Shown: positions 51,519 through 63,190, counted from the stretch's first letter. The stretch: 64,000 bases of DNA from Hemiscyllium ocellatum (GCF_020745735.1 NC_083446.1:13618068-13682067), one strand, 5' to 3'. The notes: a model not told the origin generated them from the letters alone. Numbers and translations are program-made.

Positions 51519-51654
51519 CAACACAAGCGCTCTGAACAATAACACATTTCAATGGCAGGATGCCTACCAAGCATTTGTGGGCCCAGAAGTAAGGGCTCCA
51601 GGAATAAAAACAACTCCAGTTATGAAAATAGATTTAAGTTGGTCAGTTCACCTC

Positions 51655-52530
51655 GAATAGAGATGTACAGCGTGGAAACCCTTTGGTCCAACTTGTCTAT
51701 GCTGACCAGATATCCTAAATTAATCTAGTCTCATCTACCAGCAATTGGCCCACAGCCCTCTAAACCCTTCCTAAACATATATTTCCAGATGCTTTTAACT
51801 GTACCCACCTCGATCAATTCCTCTGGCGCCCATTTCACACACGCACCACCCTCTGCATTAAAGGGTTGCCCATTCAGTCACTTTTAAAATCTTCCCTCTT
51901 TCACCTTTTTGGACTCCCTTGCCCTGGGGAAAAGACCTTAACTATTCACCCTCTCCATTCCCCTCATGATTTTATAAACCTCTACAAGGTCACCCCTCAG
52001 CCTCTGATGGTCCAGGGAAAATATCCTTACCTATTCAGCCTCCCCCTATAGCTCAAACTCTCCAACCCTGGCAATATCCTTGTAAGCCTTCTCTGAACTC
52101 TTTCAAGTTTCACAACATCCTTACTATAAGAGGGAGACCAGAACTGAATGCAGTATTGCAAAAGTGGCCTAACCAATGTCCTGCACAGCTGCAACATGAC
52201 GTCCCAGCTCTCATACTTAATGCATTGACCAATAAAGGCAAGCATACCAAACACCTTCATCACTATCCTGTCTATCTTATCTGTAACTCCATCTTCACAG
52301 AATTATGAACCTACACTCGAAGATCTTTGTTCAGCAATACTCCCCAGGACCTTACCAGCTGGTTGCTTTTCCAAATTGCAGCACCTCGTGTTTATCCAAG
52401 TTAACCTCCATCTGCCACTCCTCGGTCTATTATCCCCTCTGAATAAAGTCTCTTTGGACTTTGAGGTAACCTTCTTCGCTGTCCACTACACATCCAATTT
52501 TGCTGTCATTTGCAAACTTACTAATTGTTG
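51655..52530 (-). mobile_element. CR1 3' fragment
   Basis: SKFANDSKIG, LVRPLLQYCIQFWSP. Confidence 0.9.
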
Positions 52531-52846
52531 CTAAGTTGGTGCATGTAAAATTGTAAAATGATGGAAAGCATTGCATGGTGCCTTCAAAAGATGATTTTTT
52601 TTCACTGTGCTTAGAGTCAAAGTAGATGTCTGTACAGCAGCTTAAAGTGCAGGTGCACAGAGAACTCCCAAATTGAAAAGTTTTGTACCGAACAGCCAAG
52701 CGGAATATTTACCATGACAACAAATCTTTTAAATTTAGCCAATCAACTTAAATCAAACACTCAGCCACCAAAAGCCTATTAAATTTAAATCTGGATCTTT
52801 TGACAACCTAGAATCAATCTGATTGTAAGGAAATTAATAAGTTATC

Positions 52847-53164
52847 GGGCAACACAGTGGCTCAGTAGTTAGCACTGTTGCCTCACAGCGCCAGGGAACC
52901 AGGTTCGATTCCACCTTGGGGACTGTCCATGTGGAGTTTGCACATTCTCCCCATATCTGCTTGAGTTTCCTCCCACAACCCAAAGATGTGCAGGTTAGGT
53001 GAACTGGCCATGCTAAATTGTCCATAATGTTCAGGGATGTGTAGATTAGGTGCATTAGTCAAGGATAAATGGTGGGAAATGGGTCTGCTTGGGTTACTCT
53101 TCGGATGGTCGGTATGGACTTGTTGGGCCAAACAGCCTGTTTCCGCTCTGTAGGGATGCTATGA
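52847..53164 (+). mobile_element. HE1-type SINE
   Basis: Head, B box, tail; TTATC on both flanks. Confidence 0.9.
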
Positions 53165-53376
53165 TTATCAGGATATAAAAAAATGAGGGCATTTTGAAAA
53201 TTGGAGAGAGCTAACTGCCATTTGCCAGAGGTAAGAGTCCTCAGCTCTCAAGAAACAAATTGGCTCTCACAGTTATCTATGTATTAGAGAGCCAACCACC
53301 ATCTGCCAAAAGATAACAACTTTCAGCTCTCAGAGAAAGTGCCATCTAATTAATAAAAGGTACATGGAACTCTTAG

Positions 53377-53585
53377 AGGTAAAAATAATGACTGCAGATG
53401 CTGGAAACCAGATTCTGGATCAGTGGTGCTGGAAGAGCACAGCAGTTCAAGCAGCATCCAACGAGCAGCGAAATCGACATTTCGGGCAAAAGCCCTTGAT
53501 GAAGGGCTTTTGCCCGAAAAGTCGATTTCACTGCTCATTGGATGCTGCCTGAACTGCTGTGCTCTTCCAGCACCACTGCTCCAGA
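53377..53585. mobile_element. PLE pLTR palindromic insertion
   Basis: Near-perfect inverted arms centred near 53497; 15-bp TSD ACATGGAACTCTTAG at 53362-53376 and 53586-53600. Confidence 0.92.
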
Positions 53586-54469
53586 ACATGGAACTCTTAG
53601 CTAATATTCCAGACAGCAGAATTCAGAGAGAACATTCCTGACACAAGAATTTGATGGAGAGAAGCATTCCTGACAAGAGTTTGAAGGAAGTGGTGTTCCT
53701 GAAGAAAGATCAGTGGAGAGGACATGGAGCATTCTGGAAAATGTATCCTAGCTGTAAATTTGACAGAATAAATTATTTTGTTTTGTAATAAGTGGGACCT
53801 ATATTTTGTTGGAGGAGCATTCCATTAGAATTTCGTTTTATTAGGGAATAGTTAGTGGTTAGAAGGGGATTGTTTAGTGCGTTAGTTGTTCTGTTAAACG
53901 TGTTCACTGTGAGAGTTAGATAAATAAATTACTTGCTGACTACAGAGTAAGGGAAAGGATTTCATTTCATTTAACCACTCCTTTATAACAGATTGGGCGG
54001 GGGGGAACAGTAGGTTATAGCATCTCTGGGTATTTTGATTTTATCGGGGGGGGGGGGGGGTAGCGCACGTGTGGAGAGGGAACAGTGTGCAAGGACCATA
54101 CAGAGGCCTCCAGCACAGAAAAAAAGTCTCTTCGAGTTTGGGCCAGTTAAAAACAAACACATATTCTAATCTCATTTCCCACACCCACAGTTTTGCAATC
54201 CTTGGCATTGCAAGTGTACAAAGGTTATGAAGTTTCTGTCTCAACCATCTTTACACAGGCATGAGGCTGGAAGAACACAGTGAAACAGGCAGCATCAGGA
54301 GGTGAAGAAGTCCACATTTTACATATAACCCTTCTTCAGGTTACACCCGAAACATTGACTTCTCCACCTCCTAATGCGGCCTGGCTTGTTGTGTTTTTTC
54401 AGCCTCCTACCTGTGTGTTTTCGATTCCAGCATCTGCAGGTTTTTGTTTTGTCTCTCAACCACCCTTAC

Positions 54470-55345
54470 AGGCAGATTCCAGAATCTATTCTGGCTATGC
54501 CCTTCATAATTTTACACATCTCAGTCATGTTCCCTTTGCTTCAAGGAAAACAATCCCAGTGTCTCTAGTCACTCTTCATAACTCTTCATCTCCAGCCCAG
54601 GCATCATCCTGATAAATCTCCTCACTGACCTCTCCAGTGCAGTAACAACTCTCCTATAATGTACATTCCAGAACTGCATCCAATAATCTAGCTGGTGGAC
54701 CGACAAATCTTTTACACGGTTCCATCATCACCCCACTTTTAGATTAGATTCCCTACAGTACGGAAACAGGCCCTTTGGCCCAACAAGTCCACACCAACCC
54801 TCCGAAGTAACACCCATTTCCCTCTGGCTAATGCACCTAATACTCTGGGCAGTTTAGAATGTCCAATTCACCTGACCTACACATCTTTTTTTCTCAAACT
54901 CTATGCTTCAGCTGATATGGCTTAGCTGATAAAGGCAACTATCCCATATTCCTTTTTAACTACTTAGCTGGTCTACTACTTCAGGTACTGATGGACATGC
55001 CTCTGGTCACAGCTTCATCATGTATTCCCTTGGCTTGTTTGTCCTTCCATTTGCCTCTGATCAGCACTTCCCCACTATGTCCTCTTTGATCTCCTCACCT
55101 GTGTACTTCATGTCACTTCACTGATCAACCCTCCAAGTCCCAGTCGTTTACGTACATTACAAACAGCAAGGGCAGTGATCCCCGCTGGGAAACTCCACGG
55201 GAGTTCCAGTTACAAAATCTCCCTTCAAACACCGCCCTCTGTTCCCTGCCATTCAACCAATTCATGTCTATTTCCTTGGATCCCAGGGGCTCTTACCTTT
55301 GCAATCAGTCTCCCATGCGTGACCTTATCAAAAGGCTTGGTGAAG
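54470..55345 (-). mobile_element. Eroded CR1 with nested HE1 3' piece (54739-54887)
   Basis: Similar to 26600-27340. Confidence 0.6.
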
Positions 55346-55439
55346 TCACACGGGGAGAAAGCGGGAAGTTAGCACGAGGTAATGATGCTCGTCTGAGGAG
55401 CCGGTGCAGTCACAATGGGCTGAGTGGCCTCCTACTATG

Positions 55440-55815
55440 ATTCTGCACATTCCGCAGCTGGAACCGCGCATGGGCAGTGGCGTGTTCCGATTCGGCCACG
55501 CGCGGTTTGGATTCCTGTTCGCACATGCGCTGGATTCGGGCCTCCAGCCGCCCTGACGAGGACCACAACCCGTCCGCTGTCAGCCAGAGATGGCGGACCT
55601 CAGCGAGGTAACGGGTTAGCTGGGCGAGCTTTATGAGTGTACGCTGGAGGTCTGGAACCTTGCGTAAGGTGCCATCGGTCCCGCACTGGCGCAGAACGAG
55701 GCGATAGATATGAAAAGCGCCGCGACGATTCTGGGCCAGTCCCCGTGAAAGTCGCCATCTTTATTGGGGGCAATGGAGAAGAGGGCGCCTGCGCGGTCAC
55801 CCCTGACCCCAGTCG
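55440..55815. promoter_or_regulatory. CpG island promoter and candidate first exon
   Basis: GCGCATG and ACATGCGC NRF1-like sites; AGATGGCGG (+) and CGCCATCTT (-) YY1 motifs; donor GAG|GTAACG near 55607. Confidence 0.7.
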
Positions 55816-56504
55816 AGAGGATGGCATTGTGTATCATAGACAGAGGATGGAGTTTGTGAACTCCTGTTACAGAGGGGCTTACCACACTGCTGAATTTATA
55901 GTCAATACCAGCGCTACGCAGAAACAGAGATTGACCTACATAATCGTACTGCAGGTTAGTGCTGTTTGGAACTGACATTTAACCCAAAGTACAGTTAGCC
56001 CCCCACAAGTTAGCAAATAGTAAGAAGAACCATTAACACAGAGGTGGCAATGTCACGATAACTTCTCAACCTTTGAGTGCATTTTAGACGTAAATATGAG
56101 TTTAATTCATTGTCCTAAAAGTAAATAACCTTGACTCTCAACTTAAAGGCTTTCATGTTTTGAGAACCTCAGTCTCCCCAAAATAATGTTCAGTGACAAG
56201 ATCTGCAATACAGTCAGCTCAGATTGAATCAAACTATTTACTTACTGCTTGAACAGATTGGAAAAAACTGCAGTTTCTGAGTGCTTAAATGTGGGAGACT
56301 TGTCAGGAGTGTGTTGGATTCGTTACATCTTCAAGTCTCAAAGGAATAGAGAAGAGATTCTGAAACAAATGACCCGAGATTCAGAAAATGCGCTGAAGCA
56401 GACACTGACCAGTGCCAGGAAGAGAAATTAAATCAATGGCAAAGTCACAGGGTTTGTAGTGGGGACTGAAGATAATAACATCTGTGTTCCCAATACTCAG
56501 ATGG

Positions 56505-57295
56505 AGGAAAGCCTTCAAGAAGAGGTTGAATAGGCTGGGGCTGTTTTCCCTGGAGCATCAGAGACTGAGGGGTGACCTTACAGAGATTTATAAAATCATG
56601 AGGGGAGAGGATAGGATAAATAGACAAGGTAATTTCCCTGGGGTGGGGGGAGTGAATAACCAGAGAGCATAGGTTTAGGGTGAGAGGAGAAAATTTTAAT
56701 AGGGACCTTGGGGTAACTTTTTCATGCAGAGGGTGGTGCACGTCTGGAATGAGCTACCAGAGGAAGTGGTGGAGGCTGATACAATTACAGCACTTGAAAG
56801 GTGTCCGGGTGCATATATGAATAAGGAGGGTTTAGAGGGATAAGGGCCAACTGCTGGCAAATGGGGCTAGATTAGCTTCAGATATCAGGTCAGCATGAAC
56901 ATGTTGGACAGAAGGGTCTGTTTCTGTGCTGGACATCTCTATGATTCTCTTAACAGGAGAAAAGACATGGTAGATAAAAGATAAAGTAGTTCCACGGGTT
57001 GGGGATTCTGGAACGAGAGGGCATAGTCTGAGAATTAAGGTCCGATCATTCTGGAGAGGTGTTAGGAAGCACTTCCCCACAAGGGGTGGCAGATGTTTGG
57101 AACTGTCCCACAAATGGCAGTAGTTGCTGCATGAGTTATTAATTTTAAATCTGAGATAGTTTTTTTTTAAGTGAAGGTATGTAGGGACATGGGCCAAAGG
57201 CAGTTATATGGAGTTAGGTGACAATCAGTCATGACATCATTGAATGGTGGAACAGGTTCAAGGGGCTAAATGGTCTATAGCTACTCGTATGTGAA
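56505..57295 (+). mobile_element. Two tandem CR1 3' fragments
   Basis: RLNRLGLFSLE..RLRGDL; second tail 56960-57295. Confidence 0.85.
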
Positions 57296-57985
57296 ATTTC
57301 TTGTCATCCAGTACTGGATATCAAGTTAGGATTGTGTTTGTGAAGCATGAAAAGTGTTCACATTCACCTCCTACCTTGGTCCTTCGAGTTGGTGAGGGAT
57401 GTTTTGTCCACGTGAATATAAAATAAACCTCTTCTTTGCCTCATGCTTCCTGAACATTGTTGTCTACCTTTCAGTCTCCTCCCACAGAGGTCAGAGTGTT
57501 TGTGAACCTCCAGGTTAGCAAGTTTACTTCCTTGATGGACATTAGTGAACTAAGAAGTTTTTTTTCCCCAAAATCTGGGCAGCTTTCACGATTACTTTTT
57601 TTTTAGTGCCAGCCCCACAGATGGACCTACTTAGTCAACTCAATTTCACAACCTGCTTTTGCATTTTTTTAGGCTTTTCTGTCATCCAGTTTTCGTTCTG
57701 TTTTAGGTCAATTTCACAGGGTATTACAATGGCAGGTTTTGCATGGACAAACTGAAATCAAAGGTCACACCATAATATGATAAAATTGCCCAATTTATCA
57801 AAACTTGAACATCATCAAATTTTGAACATGGAAGTAAACAGTGCCGTTCTGGATAGGGAGAAACTACATCTGTTCTGTGTAGACAAGGTTACATTCAATC
57901 ATCTATGTTCACCTGCCCAGACTATGGAAAGAGATTCACCATGTCTTCCAACCTGCTAAAACACAAGCACATTCACTACTGGAGA

Positions 57986-58023
57986 AATTCCTGATGAAGG
58001 GCTTATGCTCGAAACGTCGAATT
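57986..58023 (+). ncRNA. Minimal hammerhead ribozyme motif
   Basis: AATTC-CTGATGA-AGGGC ttat GCTC-GAAAC-GTC-GAATT. Confidence 0.8.
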
Positions 58024-58080
58024 CTCTATTCCTGAGATGCTGCCTGGCCTGCTGTGCTTTGACCAGCAACACATTTGCAG
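57988..58080 (+). mobile_element. 93-bp PLE pLTR fragment with intact hammerhead core
   Basis: 14-bp TSD CACTACTGGAGAAA at 57974-57987 and 58081-58094. Confidence 0.9.
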
Positions 58081-58104
58081 CACTACTGGAGAAAGACCAT
58101 TAGT

Positions 58105-58413
58105 GGGTGGCACAGTGGTTAGCACTGCTGCCTCACAGTGCCAGAGACCCAGGTTCAATTCCCGCCTCAGGCGACTCTCTGTGTGGAGTTTTCACATTTT
58201 CCCCGTGACTGCGTGGGTTTCCTCTGGGTGCTCCGGTTTCCTCCCACAATCCAAAAAAGTGCAGGTTAGGTGGATTGGCCATGCTAAATTGCCCATAGTG
58301 TTAGGTGAAGAGGTAAATGTAGGGGCATGGGTCTGGGTGGGTGGCGGGTCAGTGTGGACTTGTTGGGCCAAAGGGCATGTTTCCACACTGTTAGTAATTA
58401 GTCTAGTCTAATC
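58105..58413 (+). mobile_element. HE1-type SINE inserted in ZNF-D linker
   Basis: Full SINE; finger sequence resumes at 58414. Confidence 0.93.
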
Positions 58414-58659
58414 TGTCCAGTGTGCAGAAACAAATTTGCTCATTCATCCATCCTTCGGACACCAGTGAGTTCATAACTTGCGCAGCATTTAGATTCTGGT
58501 GCATATTACATCCAGGACTGAACCAAGTTCACCAGGGTTTATTTTCGCTGATATTAATAAACTCCAGCCCAGTTACATGATTAATATTATAATTAAAAGT
58601 CAAATCGACTTTGTTAAATACAGCATATCAAATATTTTTTTGATATATCTATCGCTGTT

Positions 58660-58835
58660 GGTTTTGTTTGAAGTCCTCTACCTCTCCTCCTGTGTCTTCC
58701 AACAACAAGTGCGAAGAGTTCATGGACTTCTTTGACACTAAGATTGAGACAACCCACCAGCTGCTTCTGCTGCTTTCCATCCTTCCACTTGCCCATCAGG
58801 CAAAAGTGTCTCCAAAGCTCCCCCTGAAGTGGCAT
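58660..58835 (+). mobile_element. L2-type LINE fragment
   Basis: SNNKCEEFMDFFDTKIET peptide typical of the L2 ORF2 linker region. Confidence 0.55.
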
Positions 58836-58845
58836 CTTTTTTTTT

Positions 58846-59154
58846 TAGACTTACAGTGTGGAAACAGGCCCTTCGGCCCAACAAGTCCACACCGACCCGC
58901 CGAAGCGAAACCCACCCATACCCCTACCCCTACATTACCCCTTACCTAACACTACGGGCAATTTAGCATGGCCAATTCACCTGACCCGCACATCTTTGGA
59001 CTGTGGGAGGAAACCGGAGCACCCGGAGGAAACCCACGCAGACACGGGGAGAACGTGCAAACTCCACACAGTCAGTCGCCTGAGTCGGGAATTGAACCCG
59101 GGTCTTCAGGCGCTGTGAGGCAGCAGTGCTAACCACTGTGCCACCGTGCCGCCC
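58846..59154 (-). mobile_element. HE1-type SINE, full length
   Basis: Near identical to 25084-25392. Confidence 0.95.
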
Positions 59155-59229
59155 ACCAATTTCTCCAGTGTCAGTTTCTCTTCCATCTCCCTCACACCTT
59201 TCCTATCTACCTTCAATGTAAAAGACATG

Positions 59230-59960
59230 AGTAATGTTCCAAGAATAAGAGAAAAATAGGGGGCAAAAGAGAGAAAGGAACATAAAACAAGGACGGTCAC
59301 TAGAGGAAAATGGTTTCAGGGTGAATGGATAATTGTTATTTTCTCAATTCCTTTGGTTCTGGGAAGGTCCCAGTGAGTCAGAAACCACAAATATAACACT
59401 TCCGTTCAAGAAAGCAGAGACATAGGAAGGCAGTTAGTGTCCCAAGTGTCTTGGGGAAAATGCTACTTTTCATTATTAAGGAGGTAATAATAAAACAGTT
59501 GAAAACACAATACAACCAAGCAGGGTCAACATAGTTTGTGGATGTAATATGCAGGGGAGATAAAGGAGTACTGTACCTCTATGTGAAGCATGTGGACTAT
59601 TTGATAAGGCAACACATAAAAGGTTACGCACAAGTTAAGAGTCCATGGTGTCAAGATGACATATTGGCATGGATGGTGGACCGGTTAACCAATAGGAAAC
59701 AGAATCAGGAAAAATGGATCATTTTCAGATTGTATGGAATACCAAGGAAACTGTGCAAGGATCTCTGTTATTTACAATATATATTGATGTCTTGGATGAA
59801 GAGACTGGGTCATTAAATATATTTGAAGCTGAATTGGATAGGTTCTTGACTGACAAAAGAGAGCAGACATGAACATGAAGTTAGAGCTGCAATCAAATCA
59901 GCTGTAATCTTACTTAATATCTGATGAGCTAAATGGCCTAGTCCTGCTCCTATTTCTTAC
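59230..59960 (+). mobile_element. Eroded CR1 fragment
   Basis: RT-region and 3' UTR similarity. Confidence 0.55.
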
Positions 59961-60699
59961 TTTTTAAAAAAAAGCTACAGTGTCTGTCAAGTTTTATTGA
60001 TGCGCTAACTGATCTCCCAGTTAACATGACTGCTGTTGGTTCTACCTCATTGCTGCTGTAAGAGGAACTCTCAATTTTCATGATATCTCATTCTCCACCT
60101 TTGTGTCAAATGCTGTCCATCGACTTAGGTTTGTGTACAGGTTGGTACTAAATTTTATTGATTGTGCCTCTAACTCCAGTTTTCACACTACCATAGCAAA
60201 GAAAATAATAAATTTTTTTGCTGAAATGTAACATTTCATTGAACACATCATAGATTTGCTAACAATTGGTTATGGTTTTCTATGCGTCACACCTTATTTG
60301 TTCAGACAGGGAAACCAGGAGGCCAGATAAAGGGCATGATCGAACCACATAGGTTTTTAAACAACAATCGACAGTGTGTTTTTATTCCAAATTTTTCTTG
60401 AATTCAAATTTCACCTTCTCCCATGGTGGATATTGAACTTGAACAAAATCGTGTGTCTCAAAATTACTGGTCCGGTGTAATTACCAGTGCTCCACCACTT
60501 ACATGGAAATGATGCAGTGGAATTTACCATCATGTCACTGGGTGGAATTATTGGTAATATTTGAAAACATATGTGAGTTTTGATTTTAACATTGGAAATC
60601 CCATTAGACATGCTTATACAGCGGATTTCAGTACAGTATGAGAGACTTTACTTTGATTCAAATCCACAAAGGTAGGAGGAGCAATTGCACATATGCCTT

Positions 60700-61345
60700 T
60701 AGTCGCTGTCTCAGCCATACTTGGCATTGCAGGGGTTGCAGAGGAGGTTCATTAAATTGATCTTGGAAGGGTTTGGCTTATGAAGAGAGATTGAGTTGAC
60801 TGGACTGTACTCTTTGGAATTCAGTAGACTGAGGGGGATTTATAGAAACATATAAAGTTATAAAGGGAATAGATAAGATAGAAGCTGGGAGGTTGTTTCC
60901 ACTGGTGGGTGAAACTAGAACTGGGGGTGTAGCCTCAAAATAAGGGATAGCAGATTTAGGACTGAGTTGAGGAGTAATCTCTTCAACCAAAGGATTGTGA
61001 ATTTTTGGAATTCCCAGTCTAGAGAAACAGCTGAGGTTACCACGTTGAATATTTTTAAGGCAAAGATAGAAATATTTTTGAACAATAAAGGAATTAAAGG
61101 TTATGGTGACTGGACGGGTAAGTGAGTGGACACTCACCCGATGAAGGAGCAGCACTCTGAAAGCTTGTGATTTCAAATAAACCTATTGGGCTATAATGTG
61201 ATTTCATGTGACTTCTGACTTTGTACACCCCAGTCCAACATCAGCATCTTCACATCACGACTAGATCAGCCATGATCTTATTGAATGTGGAGCAGATTAG
61301 AGGGGCCAGATAGCCTACTCCTGCTCCTATTTCTTACATTCTTAT
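60700..61345 (+). mobile_element. CR1 3' fragment with nested PLE terminus (61135-61255)
   Basis: YEERLS..GLYSLEF; CCGATGAAGGAGCAGCACTCTGAAAGCT motif. Confidence 0.8.
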
Positions 61346-61492
61346 GTTCTTTCCAGTCAAAGGCAGGAAACATTTTTTTAAAAACCAAAAAATACCATAC
61401 CCCTCAGATAGCTCTTTTCACCACTTCCAGAGATCCACACTCAGTCTCTCTCTCTCTCCCCCCATCAGCACGTAAAGCTATCCTAGTGTTGT

Positions 61493-62440
61493 TAACTGGG
61501 ACATCCTAGGACAAGCCAAACAGTGCCATGCACAAGAAATCCTAGAAGCATGGCATTTCAACCAGAACTCTATCAACAAATACATTGACTTAGACCAAAG
61601 TTACCACCTCCTGAGAAAAAGAACAGGAAATTACATCATCAACCCAAGGAAACCTAAACACAAATAGAAAGCGGGCTATGCCACCAGTGCTTCATCTGGA
61701 AGCTCACTGATGATATCATCTACTATGGTGACAAAACATCTGAAAATGAACCTTCCAGCTCAGGAGCAAACCCACATCCACATTTTCCCCTCTCTTGTCA
61801 GCACTACACAGGGAGTGATCCCGCAAGGACACCCTGGTCCATTCCTCCCTCACTCTCAATACCCCTACAGCACCTTCCCACACCACCACCGAAGATGCAA
61901 CACCTTTCTGTTCATCCCCTCCCTATCTAAGGCCACAGGCACACCTTCCAGGTGAAGCAGCAATTTACCTGCACTTCACTCAGTCTAGTATACTGTATTC
62001 ACTGCTCTCAATGTGGTCTTCTTCACATTTAGAAAGATGAAATGTAGACTGGGTGATTGCTTTGCAGAACACCTATGGTCTGGCTGTAAAGGTAACACCA
62101 AGCTTCCAGTTTCAGTCCACTCCAACTGTGTTCCCTGACCAATGTTTCGGTCTTAAGCCTGCTATGGTACTCTAGTGAGACTTGAGTCGGAAGAGGATAA
62201 TATAGCCTTCAGAACTCAAGATCAAATTTAATTTGACACATCAAGTGCAGTGACTCTTCATCAGAACTGCTTTTCATTCTTGGTTGTCTCGCTTTGCTTG
62301 CCTTACTTGTTTTTCTCTCTCTGGGCTTCCCATCTACCTATCTGCTCACTCCTTCCCCTTCCCTGCCATTTTCATAAGTACCACTTTTTCCAGGCTACTA
62401 TCAACTTCGAAAGGTAACTAGACTCACAACGTTAACTCCG
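61493..62440 (+). mobile_element. Two adjacent PLE 3' fragments
   Basis: 61493-61782 matches 41950-42286; 61783-62230 is degenerate GIY-YIG (VYCIHCSQCGLL) like the 48-kb element. Confidence 0.75.
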
Positions 62441-62554
62441 TTTGCTCTTCAAAGATTCTACCAAGATTGACTGAGTATCCCAGCAATTTTTGTTTGTGGG
62501 TATGTTTCAGGTCTTCAGCACCTGCAGATTTTTGGCCCTGCCACTGTGAATGGT

Positions 62555-62940
62555 GGGTCTTTTACCCAGCAACTCCCGCGGCAGAGAATGTCCCTCATCG
62601 AGTCAGCAGGACCGTGTGCGCAAGCGCAGAGCCACAGTCTTCCGAGTGACGGCGCAGGGGAGATTCTCGTTTGGTGCTCGGCAGCCGGTAAGAGGCGACG
62701 GCAACAAAGAAGCGGAGTGGAACCAGTTAGCGTGCGGGGAACGTTCGTGAACGTTTATTATTGGGTATGGCACCAAATAAATACCTGTAGGTCCTGCTAT
62801 TGCAGCTCGGAGGCTTTTTCGGTGCTTCGGAGCAGCAGACATTTTGTTTTCATGGGGCTGTGAGTGAGTGCGTGCGCAGCGTTCGAGCAACATGGCCGAA
62901 TGGGCGGGGTTTAATTTGGACACGTGACTAGATGATTGAC
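62555..62940 (+). promoter_or_regulatory. CpG island promoter and first exon of ZNF-E
   Basis: Homologous to 6330-6545; donors CCG|GTAAGA (62688) and GTGAGT (62860); GC box, CACGTG, NRF1-like sites. Confidence 0.75.
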
Positions 62941-63004
62941 ACTTGGTCTGATAGTGTCTGGCGAAAGGAGCTGGGAAGCTGAGACAAGAGGAGAAAAAAC
63001 TTCG

Positions 63005-63190
63005 ACTCATTCAGCACGGAAACAGATACTTAGCTCCAACTCATCCATGCCGACCAGACATCCTAATCTAATCTAGTCCCATGTTGCAGCACTTGGCCCA
63101 TATCCCTCCAAACTCTTACAATTCATATGCCCATCCAGATGCCTTTTAAATGTTGTAATTGTACCAGGATCCACGACTTCCTCTGGTAGC
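63005..63190 (-). mobile_element. CR1 3' end fragment
   Basis: Reverse complement of CR1 tail. Confidence 0.85.

Larger units (their letters stand above)
52552..53990 (+). mobile_element. Possible solo LTR hosting nested SINE and PLE insertions
   Basis: TGT start, CCAAT (about 52739), TATAAAA (about 53174), AATAAA (about 53768, 53923), ACA end; no TSD verified. Confidence 0.4.
57720..58620 (+). pseudogene. C2H2 zinc-finger pseudogene (ZNF-D)
   Basis: Family acceptor TTTCACAG|GGTATTA, TTGAACATGGAA start as in ZNF-A, FTCPDYGKRFTMSSNLLKHKHIH, CPVC finger, family-like 3' UTR with AATAAA; frameshifts and two TE insertions. Confidence 0.85.

Noticed and set aside
48678-51535. Numerous overlapping Gly-rich or Pro-rich ORFs
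   Set aside because: Alternate-frame and antisense shadows of the PLE ORF
55590-56282. MADLSE|IGKNCS resembling an AN1-type zinc-finger N-terminus
   Set aside because: Stop codon follows within a few residues and no further Cys/His pattern is present
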